Assembly (NCBI RefSeq): GCF_006345805.1
Contig: NW_021825532.1
Coordinates: forward strand, 1-15,210
DNA from: Octopus sinensis
Taxonomy: Eukaryota
Direction of reading: 5' to 3'
Length of the DNA stretch: 15,210 nucleotides
Under the pieces are notes generated by a model. The model had not been told where the DNA came from. It searched no databases and saw only the letters and a program-made list of their open reading frames with translations. The number at the start of each line of letters is the position of its first letter. The stretch's first letter is position 1. Shown in pieces: positions 1 to 8,085 of the stretch. The translations under genes and the position numbers were made by a program.

Positions 1-121
1 AGAAGAAGAAGACGAAGAAGAAGAAGAAGAAGAGACGAGAAGAAGAAGAGAAGAGAAGAGAAGAAGAAGAAGAAGAAGAAGAAGAAGAAAATTTATGATG
101 ATGATGATGATGACGACGACG
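1..121. repeat. (GAA)n purine tract followed by (GAT)n(GAC)n trinucleotide repeat
   Basis: Direct reading: imperfect GAA/GA repeats 1-90, then atgatgatgatgatgatgacgacgac 95-121. Confidence 0.95.
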
Positions 122-514
122 AAATCTAAAATGTTCCCCCTTCATTTTTTTTTTCTGTATATTTTACTCTATTTTCTATCCCTGTATTTCTTTCCACAAT
201 TCTCTCGGTCCACACATCCTTCAGCTTTTTCGAATTACGCAACCCACTTGATTAAAGATTTTAACAAAATATCATTTATCATTTTTAAGTTGATAGGTTT
301 CACAAGAAATAGGACTTTTACTTCAGCTTATATTTATAGATTATATTATTTTCTTTCATTTTTTGGTTTATATTTTAAATTTATTGTTCACTTCATTCTT
401 TATTTCCGAAAAATGCAATGTTTCATAATGCTTATGATACAAAAGAAATACGACATTCCAGTTTGAAAAGAGCAGGGGAAAAAATGGTTTAAAGAGGGAA
501 AGAAACTGTAAAAT

Positions 515-1155
515 GGTATATGGATATATATGTATATATGGATACATATGTGTGTGTGTGAATGTATGTGTACGAATGTATGTATGCATGTGTGTATGTA
601 GTATTGATAGATACATAGATGTAGATATATCTGTGTATGTGTATACATATCTATATACATATATATATACATCTATGTATATATGTATGTATAAATGTAT
701 GTATATATATATATATATATATCCTGTAGATATGGATGTCTGTGTATGCGTACACGCAAACATACACACATTTGTGAATACTTGATATACTAGGTGATGA
801 AATATATGCGTATATATGTACATATGTATGTATATTCATATACATATATGTTTGTATATGTTTATATACAAATATATATATGCATATATAAACATACATA
901 TATATATATATATATACATATAAACATACATATATATATATATATACACACACGCACACATTTTCCTCCCCTTTTTCTTTCTCCTTCTTTTATTCTTTTT
1001 CTCTCATTCGTTCTCTCGCTACCTTTTGAATATATATACATGTGTGTATGTTTGTGCGTGCGCCTGAGTGTGTATCTGCGCGTGTGTGCGTCCATGCGTG
1101 TGTGTCTGCGTGCTTGCATGCATTCATGTGTGTGTGTGGTGTGTGTGTGTGTGTG

Positions 1156-1182
<27 letters not shown>
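515..1182. repeat. Compound (TA)n/(TATG)n/(TG)n microsatellite field
   Basis: Direct reading; accounts for the Y/I/M/C/V-rich ORFs in the track. Confidence 0.95.
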
Positions 1183-1186
<4 letters not shown>

Positions 1187-1307
1187 CGTAAGAATTGTAT
1201 TCGATAAAATCTGGATGCTTCATTCTCTGAACGAACGTTGATGACTTGAAGAGTTTAGGTATATTTTCCTAGTCACACATTTCTATATAACACACTCACG
1301 CATACAT

Positions 1308-1400
1308 ATTCTCTCTCTCCCTCCATCTCTCTCTCTCTCCATCTCTCTCTCCCTCCCTCTCTCTCCCTTCTCTATCTTTCTCTTCCTCTCTCTCTCTCTC
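1308..1400. repeat. (CT)n polypyrimidine microsatellite
   Basis: Direct reading of imperfect CT repeats. Confidence 0.9.
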
Positions 1401-1510
1401 TTAATATAATTCGCTTCTTCAGAGGTGGAGCTGAGGCGATGGAAATTATGTAATTTTACAATTGTATGTACGCATGCGTGTATGCTCTGTTTCCGTTTCT
1501 TGTACGTGTT

Positions 1511-1697
1511 TATTTACTTCTTTATTGCCCACAAGGGCCTACACACAGAGAGGACAAACAAGGACAGACAAACGGATAAGTCGATTAGATCAACTCCAGT
1601 GCGTAACTGGTACTTATTTAATCGACCTCGAAAGGATGAAAGGCAAAGTTGATCTCGGCGGAATTTGAACTCAGAATGCAACGGCAGATGAAATACC
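1511..1697 (-). mobile_element. tRNA-derived SINE, family A (GCCTTTCATCC..GGTCGAT central domain), 5'-truncated
   Basis: Minus strand reads GGTATTTCATCTGCCGTTGCATTCTGAGTTCAAATTCCGCCGAGATCAACTTTGCCTTTCATCCTTTCGAGGTCGAT...GCCCTTGTGGGCAATAAAGAA. It has a B-box-like GAGTTCAAATTCC and aligns with the plus-strand copy at 15073-15210. The central motif resembles the Deu/Nin-type SINE domain (from memory, not searched). Confidence 0.88.
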
Positions 1698-1740
1698 TAT
1701 TTCTTTACTACCCACAAGGGGCTAAACACAAGAGGACAAA
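1698..1740 (-). mobile_element. Second, tandem 3' end of SINE family A, cut off by (TA)n
   Basis: tatttctttactacccacaaggggctaaacacaagaggacaaa repeats the 1511-1560 terminus directly adjacent to the first copy. Confidence 0.8.
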
Positions 1741-1747
1741 TATATAC

Positions 1748-1816
<69 letters not shown>

Positions 1817-1850
1817 ATATATATATTATATATATATATATATATTTGTA
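1741..1850. repeat. (TA)n microsatellite
   Basis: Direct reading. Confidence 0.95.
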
Positions 1851-1885
1851 TGAGTGTTGTGTGTGTTTATATTTCAATGTTAGAT

Positions 1886-2061
1886 TGTTATAACGCCCCT
1901 TTCGGTATACAGTATACTTAGTAAAACCAGTAAAGACACGGGTATCGCTGACCGCCTACTACGTACTCTCTCGTATAGTCTCGTACTCTCCTATTTGTTG
2001 TGAGAACTCATACCACTTGTCACGTGCAAGGGGTGTACCATTATGAAAATTCCGTAAAACA
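1886..2061 (-). mobile_element. Putative 3' LTR (176 bp) of Ty3/Gypsy remnant
   Basis: On the minus strand it begins TGTTTTACGG immediately after the purine tract AAAAGGGGAGA (2062-2072) and ends CGTTATAACA (TGTT...AACA termini). It lies just downstream of the integrase-like ORF. Only one LTR is present, so no TSD check is possible. Confidence 0.55.
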
Positions 2062-2119
2062 TCTCCCCTTTTAATTTTTTGTTATGAAGTGTCATTCTAT
2101 TTAGCAGTAATTTTTTTAT

Positions 2120-2515
2120 TCACTCCACCTCCCTTTTTCTAGTTTTTGTTTCCGTACAATTTAATACATTTTTGCGCTTGGCATCTATTTTCAGGAACTC
2201 TGTACGTTCTCTTTTCCTGTCACTTCTATACCTGGATTCAATCACCTGCAGAGGCATTGGTACTTGGAACTTATTGTATTCCATCGGTTCCTCAACGTCT
2301 TTGGTTCGCTTTCCAATAATTTTTTTCAATTGATTCTTGTATCTCTTTTGTATGCTTTTTCTACATTTTACCCAACACATCATATTACCTATGAGTTTAG
2401 TAATTACGCCATTTTCCCAACTCTGCTTTCCCTTCTTGTATGTCCTCAAATACACCTTTTCACCAACTTTAAAGAATCTTGCTATGCATTCCCAGGCATT
2501 TTTTTCTTTTCTTGC
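2120..2515 (-). pseudogene. Ty3/Gypsy integrase C-terminal (SH3-like) fragment
   Basis: The frame extends the track ORF upstream: ARFFKVGEKVYLRTYKKGKQSWENGVITKLIGNMMCWVKCRKSIQKRYKNQLKK. This fits the Gypsy integrase tail pattern RxFxxGxxVxxRxY...WxxGxIxxxxGxxxYxV...RHxNQL, followed by a basic RYRSDRKRER tail. There is an upstream in-frame stop and no catalytic core. Confidence 0.75.
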
Positions 2516-2807
2516 TTTCTATTAGAGTCACGAAAATAATCGGAAATTACCACGTGCTTTTTTCAGAAAAAAAGGAAAATAAACTATGAATGTTTATGAA
2601 TGTTAAATTTATTTTATTAATAGCTCTTTTTTCTCTCTACATATTCCATTTTAGTACGTATTTTTGGTAAGGTGTTTCAAAAACCGAAACATTCTTCTTT
2701 TAATGTATTCATTTAAATAAAAATTAAAATGTACCTAATTTTAAGAAAGTAGCATTTTCTTTTTCATAAATATCTACTTACTCGTGTGTTACCTCGACAC
2801 ATTTTTT

Positions 2808-2958
2808 AAATATATGTATATATGTATATACATGTATACACACACACACACACATATATATATTATATATATTATATATATATATATATATACCTATATA
2901 TTTCATGTATATATATATATACATATATACACACATATATGTGCATATATATATATAT
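2808..2958. repeat. (TA)n/(CA)n compound microsatellite
   Basis: Direct reading. Confidence 0.9.
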
Positions 2959-3052
2959 CGGACTTATTTCAGTTTCCGTCGACGAAATTCGCTCACAAGG
3001 CATTGGTTCCCTCTGGAGCTAATGCAGAATGCAGAAGACAATTGCCTGAAGG
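2959..3052 (-). mobile_element. Fragment of SINE family B head (CORE-like part), truncated by a foldback
   Basis: cggacttatttcagtttccgtcgacgaaattcgctcacaaggcattgg...gcagaagacaattgcctgaagg aligns with 13715-13805 and 14846-14930 (ttctttcaatttcc...actcacaacgctttggtc...tagaagacacgtgcccaagg). Confidence 0.7.
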
Positions 3053-3338
3053 CAATTGTCTTCTGCATTCCTTCAACAATCTAATACCTTCAACAGCCGC
3101 CAACCGAAAATTACTGCAATTTTGACACTCTCTTGTAATACACACTATCACACTGAGTGACTGCGTTTGGGCATTGAGATAAACCGATAAGCAAACGTTA
3201 GCAGAATATTCAGTCACTTGCGGTCAATAAAGGAAACGGTACCGTTGGGTGATCAACTGGAATATTAGTCGTCAACACCTCTGTCAAATACATTATCGGA
3301 GAAAATGACACCAGAATTTCGTCCATATTAATATAACT

Positions 3339-3339
3339 T

Positions 3340-3374
<35 letters not shown>

Positions 3375-3420
3375 TTCTCTTTCTCTTTCTCAAACCCACA
3401 CACATACACATACGCACATC
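3339..3420. repeat. (CT)n then (CA)n microsatellite
   Basis: Direct reading. Confidence 0.9.
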
Positions 3421-3779
3421 GTTACAAACTGGAAAAGTTAATCCACACATTGAACTGATGTGTCAATTTCTCATTGCAGATGAAATTAATGTTATAAACA
3501 TGTTTCTTCCGCGCCTCTTCTTCAATGAATGAATCAGTCATTTGCAAACAGCTCAGATAAATGAAGTTACATGATGAAGAAACATACTCTGCAATTCTTC
3601 CTTGCTTCTTCCTTCCACCGATTGAATTAGCTAATCCCGAGTGAATCAGCTCTATGCAGATTATAATGATATGCTCTCTTTCAACACAGAATTTTCTAAT
3701 GAAGTTACATCCTATAATTAATCCAACTTTGAATCCAGAGACAACATTCCTGTAGCTTTGAGCTGAGATTTATGAGGTA

Positions 3780-4235
3780 CAGGGAAAGGGAGAGAGACAA
3801 TGGAAGAGAGACAAATGGAGATATGGGGAGAGGGAGAGAAAAGAGCAATGATAAAAGGGGACAATAAGAGAGATGAACTGTGAGAAGGACAATGAGTAGG
3901 AAAGATAATGAGTGAGACAGAGACTGTGAAGGAGAGAATCACAAAGAAAGTGAGAGGTCTAAAGAATGTAAGAGACAATGAGAGACACAGAAAGACAGAC
4001 AGAGAAAGAGAGAAAGTGAATGAAAGAAGAAAGTAAGTGAGAGGGACAGTGAGATAGAAGGAAAACGGGAGAGAGAGATAACTGAGAAAGAGAGAGAAGA
4101 GCAATGAGAGAAATAGTCTGAGAATAATAAAAGGGAATGTAAGTGTGATTGTGAGAAAGAGAGATAAAGAGAGAGATGAGTTAGTGAGCGACTGAGAAAC
4201 ATTATAAGGAAAAGAAAAGATGTGAGAGAAAAGTT
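3780..4235. repeat. Degenerate (GA)-rich polypurine tract, ~450 bp
   Basis: Strongly purine-biased plus strand (gagaga/gaaag/gacag units); explains the S/L/F-rich minus ORFs. Confidence 0.85.
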
Positions 4236-4629
4236 TAATGCGAACCCAAGAATTTCTGAAACCAAACTCGAGGACAAAACCCAGCCATGGGTTTACCTTT
4301 ATACATTAAAGCGATCTCTTGTATGTATTCACTTAACTTTTCTTTGATATTCCAAGTATGAATGCTCACACTTAGGCTACGAATGCTCTGATGATGTAAG
4401 AATTAAGACTTCTAAGTCTTTATCCTCATTTCTTTTACATGGCAAATCATGTGAGATTTACGCCTAAACGAACTTGCTTTTACAAGGCTCCCAGTTGGCC
4501 AACAATAGAAATCGGTTGAAGGACTCAAGTACGCTAACATCTAAATGTGCAGACCCTAAACTTACAGACCTCCATGGTTTCATCAATCCTGTAAAATCAC
4601 GATGATACGTCTACTTGCCAGACTTCATC

Positions 4630-4945
4630 CTACGTACATAGACAAGGGTTCCGATTGATCCGATCGGCGGAACAGCTTGTTCGTGAAATTACCGAGCAAG
4701 TGGCTGAGCACTCTACAGACACGTGTACACTTAATATAGTTCTCAGAGAGATCCAGTGTGACACAGAGTGTGACAAGGCTGTCCCTTTTTGAAATACAGG
4801 TACAACCCATTTTCGCCAGCTGATTGGACTAGAGTAACATGACATAAAATGTATCGCTCAAGGACACAGTGCGCCGCCAGGAATTGAACTCATGACCTTA
4901 CGATCGTAAGCCGAATACCCTAACCACTAAGCCACGCACCCTCAC
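4630..4945 (-). mobile_element. tRNA-derived SINE, family C, tail variant 1
   Basis: Minus strand: A-box TGGCTTAGTGG, B-box GAGTTCAATTCC, CORE-like GTGTCCTTGAGC, then CAGCTGGCGAAAATGGGT and a long tail (GTACCTGTATTTC...GGATCAATCGGAACCCTTG). The head aligns with 5803-5949. Confidence 0.88.
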
Positions 4946-5465
4946 AATACATGTATACATATACACATACATACATACATACATATATATATATACATAT
5001 ATATATGTACATACATGCATACATACATATATATACATAGATATACATGCATACATACATACATGCATACATACATACATATATATATACATATATATAC
5101 ATATATACGTACATACATACATACATACATTCATGCATACATACATATATATATATGTACATACATGCATACATACATATATATACATATATATACATGC
5201 ATACATACATCATACATACATACATACATATACATCACGTGATCACGTGATCGACCAGACCATCAGATGTTGTTACACATCGCTGGTCACAATGTGTTCG
5301 CATTATTTTAGCCTTCGAATGACGCCACCCCGCTGGCTAAGCGAGCAGGCCACATACATATATATATATACATATATATACATATATACGTACATACATA
5401 CATACATACATTCATGCATACATACATATATATATATATACATACATGCATACATACATTCATGC
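4946..5465. repeat. (TACA)n/(TA)n compound microsatellite, interrupted at 5234-5350
   Basis: Direct reading. Confidence 0.92.
5234..5350 (-). mobile_element. Headless SINE 3' tail fragment ending in (CACGTGAT)n
   Basis: A non-repetitive GC-richer island inside the microsatellite. Minus strand reads CCTGCTCGCTTAGCCAGCGGGGTGGCGTC...GTCGATCACGTGATCACGTGAT, i.e. it ends in a short tandem tail typical of retroposons. Recognised from memory as an octopod SINE tail. Confidence 0.65.
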
Positions 5466-5574
5466 ATGCTAAACTAAGTAACATGAGGAGCTAAATCAAC
5501 AAAACCTCCCGCTTCGTATTGCGTCCTACTCCTGTTCGTTTGTTCACTCACTTGCATGCGTGTGCGCGCGTCCG

Positions 5575-6030
5575 AATGTGTTTTATGTTTGTCTTTCTAC
5601 TTTGCGGTCGGTGTAGATTTGCTTACGGCCTCGTAACCGGGTGATTCGGTAAAGAAATGACCAATGTAATAAGCAGTGGGCTTAAAATTTGATTAACTTA
5701 TAAACAAAAAATATTCATTAATGCGCCCTTTTAAAGTCTAGCCAGGCTCATGGGCCCGGTTTCCCGGTTTCTATGGACGGGATACTAGTCCATCGTAGCG
5801 TTACTCATTTTTGCCAGCTGAGTGGACTGGAGCAACGAGAAATGAAGTGTTTTGCTCAAGAACACAACACGTCGCCCGGTCCAGGAATCGAAACCACAAT
5901 CCTACGATCATGATGTTGACACCCTAACCACTAAGCCACGCGCCTCCACTGATTGACTTATAGGATAAAAAAATAACATTCAATGTAGTACTCCAGCGTG
6001 GCCACAATCCAACGAATTACAATTAAAATA
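5575..6030 (+). mobile_element. Old, degraded SINE family B tail module, split by the 5703-5949 insertion
   Basis: 5575-5685 (cttacggcctcgtaaccgggtgattcggtaaag...aataagcagtgggctt) and 5988-6010 (gtactccagcgtggccac) align colinearly with the tail module at 14070-14295 and the reverse complement of 10382-10590. Confidence 0.55.
5703..5949 (-). mobile_element. tRNA-derived SINE, family C, tail variant 2, with 13-bp TSD
   Basis: A-box TGGCTTAGTGG, B-box GTTTCGATTCC, CORE-like GTGTTCTTGAGCAAAACACTT. Flanked by tgattaacttata (5690-5702) and tgattgacttata (5950-5962), a 12/13 match. Confidence 0.9.
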
Positions 6031-6307
6031 ATAATAGAATAAACGAGAAAAATTATATAATTATGCAATTCACTGTTTACTCAACTGTCAGATTAATTTA
6101 ATAACTTAATTACTAATTTATTTTATTTTCCATGCAGTTAATCATTAATTAAATCACACGTGCAATCAATTATTTATTCAATCAATATACCCCATCATCA
6201 TCTTTTCCGAAACGCACGGAGTTCACCCTACCGTCGCCCCTTCTGCAATTACTCACACAGCTACGCATCACTGCATGTGTTAGACAGACACCACGTATAG
6301 CAACGTA

Positions 6308-6913
6308 TTGCTACCGCCTTAGCGAAAGTGGAGGTATGATTTTTCAGTCGTGTTTGCTTGTTTGTTTGTTTGTCTGTGGACAAGATATCTCAAGAACCGC
6401 TGGATGGATTCGCATGAAACTTTCAGGGGTGTTTGGCCTCATGACTGGCACTAATTGATTAGATTTGGGGATATATTTCTTTTATTACCCACAAGGGGCT
6501 AGATACAGAATGATTCAATTACAAAACAATCATATACAAATACAAACTCGGAGAACTTAAAAATACAAAAAAATATTAAATAAGAATAGACAAAAATTTA
6601 AAGAAACGAATGGTAATATGAAAAGAGTATAAAATGAGGCATAATGCCCACTCGATCCCCGAAATCGAGTGGTTCGAACTGATTAGATTTGGGGATCGAT
6701 CCGGTACCGGACAAGGAATCTGAATTATTTTTCCGGTTCTTTTAAAATTAATTTTTGAGAGCGGTCGAGATCATTTTTATTATTCTTGTTTGTGAGAGCA
6801 GTTGAGTTTATTTCAGATATTCTCATTCTAAAAATCATCTCTGTCTAATCGTTGAGAGAATGTTACTGTTACCTCGGTGGAGTTTTGGGCTCTCCGAGAG
6901 CCCTTGGTGAATT
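6308..6913 (+). mobile_element. Non-autonomous Helentron-associated (HINE/DINE-1-like) element, interrupted by an insert
   Basis: 5' ctaccgcc..ggaggta hairpin-like start, internal (TTTG)n at 6351-6377, ggatggattcgcatgaaacttt motif, gatcgatccgg motif, subterminal cctcggtggag, 3' perfect hairpin GGGCTCTC-C-GAGAGCCC (6887-6903), and a T-rich flank. This is the classic HINE architecture; the family assignment is from memory. Confidence 0.65.
6473..6679 (-). mobile_element. 207-bp retroposed insert with 17-bp TSD; 3' end shared with SINE family A
   Basis: Direct repeat tgattagatttggggat at 6456-6472 and 6680-6696. Bases 6474-6501 match the SINE A terminus at 1698-1725. Confidence 0.8.
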
Positions 6914-7075
6914 TTTTATTTATCTTATTTTATTTTATTTCACATTTATTTCAAAAATTTGTTACCGAACAAATTTATCTATTTAAATATTCATCTAATT
7001 ATTTATACTTCTGATCACTTTCTTTTCTATAATTTTCATAGTAATCGAGGAATAATTTCTTCTCTGGATCCAGCA

Positions 7076-7699
7076 CTTATAAAGATTTTTGTTAAATCAC
7101 GTCACATTTCATGCATTAATTTCAAGGAAATTTGTTGAACCAATGGAACGGGAGTGAACCAGAAACCACGTGGTTGCAAAATGAACAACATCAGCATCGG
7201 CAGGCTTAATAACACCAACATATGCACCACCAGCAACACCAGCGGTACCGAAAACAGCAACAACATCTACAACTACAACCACAACAGTAGCAACGGCAGC
7301 AACAACAACAGCACCGACAGCAGCAGCGGTAGCAGCAACTACAACAGCAATAGTAGGCACGACACTGAGTCCATTCATCCAAGGAAATATATTGGATACG
7401 CGGGAACTTCGCTTAAGAAACGACTTTCCAGCCATATATCCTCCTTCAGGGTCCCAGAAAGGCGACATGTAATATCGCTGGCCAGCCATATCTGGCAATT
7501 GAAGGAAGATTGAATTCCATACTCGATATCATGGAAAATCCTCTACCATCCGGGTCCGTACATAAACGGAACGAAACGCTGCAAGCTATGCGTAGCTGAA
7601 CGCATGAAAATTCTGAAAAACTCGCACGTACCGGGGATCATACTGAACTCCAGAACGGAGATTTTCGAGCCATGCTTGCATTCAGGAGATTCCTTTTAG
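7076..7699 (+). pseudogene. Penelope-like retroelement ORF remnant: RT-thumb/linker plus C-terminal half of GIY-YIG endonuclease
   Basis: One frame reads LIKIFVKSRHISCINFKEIC*TNGTGVNQKPRGC-[N/S-rich tract]-KYIGYAGTSLKKRLSSHISSFRVPERRHVISLASHIWQLKED*IPYSISWKILYHPGPYINGTKRCKLCVAERMKILKNSHVPGIILNSRTEIFEPCLH. A +1 shift then gives RRFLLA. This matches the PLE endonuclease pattern YIG...R..H..SF...L..HIW.LK...W.I...RC.LC..E...I...LN.R.E...C.H. TGA stops lie at 7136 and 7511. Confidence 0.85.
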
Positions 7700-8010
7700 C
7701 GTTTTCGGAGCTGCTTAATAGCGATAATTACACCACAGCCGGAAATTGATTGTTCATGTGAGCAGGAGATAACCTCCTAACTTTTACTAGCCGACAGGTG
7801 GCGTGACTGAAAGAGGACGACACAACCGGAAACCGAAGACCAGCACCAAAGGGAGATAATCCCCACTGTTTATATCTGTATCAATTCCCCCTCCATATTT
7901 TAAAGAGACCATAGGCCACCAGGTCTTAGGGTCTGAAGATACGCCATAAAGGTACCCTTGATGGCGAAAAACTCAGGGTAACCCTATAAACTGGCCTTCA
8001 CCAGTAATTA
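7700..8010 (+). mobile_element. 3' non-coding / pseudo-LTR region of the Penelope-like element
   Basis: GC-richer non-repetitive DNA continuing from the endonuclease remnant, containing a hammerhead-like motif and ending at a (TG)n microsatellite. The exact boundary is inferred. Confidence 0.6.
7913..7997 (+). ncRNA. Type I hammerhead ribozyme-like motif with atypical core
   Basis: Stem I TAGGGT (7927-7932)/ACCCTA (7981-7986), extended by AGGCCA/TGGCCT. CTGAAGA at 7933-7939. Stem II GCCAT-A-AAGG-TAC-CCTT-G-ATGGC. Then GAAAAAC, loop TCAGG and a GTA triplet at 7978-7980. It deviates by an extra TAC before stem II and two extra As. Confidence 0.6.
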
Positions 8011-8011
8011 A

Positions 8012-8012
8012 C

Positions 8013-8085
<73 letters not shown>
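8012..8085. repeat. (TG)n microsatellite
   Basis: Direct reading. Confidence 0.95.

Noticed and set aside
95-1223. Many overlapping ORFs rich in Y/I/M/C/V/H/T (also at 2784-3022, 4898-5477, 8504-9361, 9570-10185, 11868-12269, 13836-14149)
   Set aside because: They are translations of TA/CA/TACA microsatellites, which lack stop codons in several frames; there is no domain-like sequence.
3718-4277. S/L/F-rich minus-strand ORFs resembling membrane proteins
   Set aside because: They are the reverse complement of a degenerate (GA)n tract.
4388-4430. CTGATGA as a possible hammerhead core or C/D-box snoRNA box C
   Set aside because: No stem II followed by GAAA, no terminal stem, and no properly placed box D.
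7109-7498. 129-aa minus ORF with a long V/A hydrophobic stretch
   Set aside because: It is antisense to the Penelope-like frame and the trinucleotide tract, so the hydrophobicity is a repeat artefact.
7136-7513. Two in-frame TGA codons as possible selenocysteine (some Naiad-type PLEs are selenoproteins)
   Set aside because: The TGA at 7511 is not at a conserved Cys position and is most simply a GGA-to-TGA change. A frameshift near 7681 shows decay, the domain order is C-terminal endonuclease, and I see no SECIS.
7806-7836. Second hammerhead-like string CTGAAAGAGG...CCGGAAAC
   Set aside because: Wrong core spacing, only a 2-bp stem II, and no stem I or cleavage triplet.
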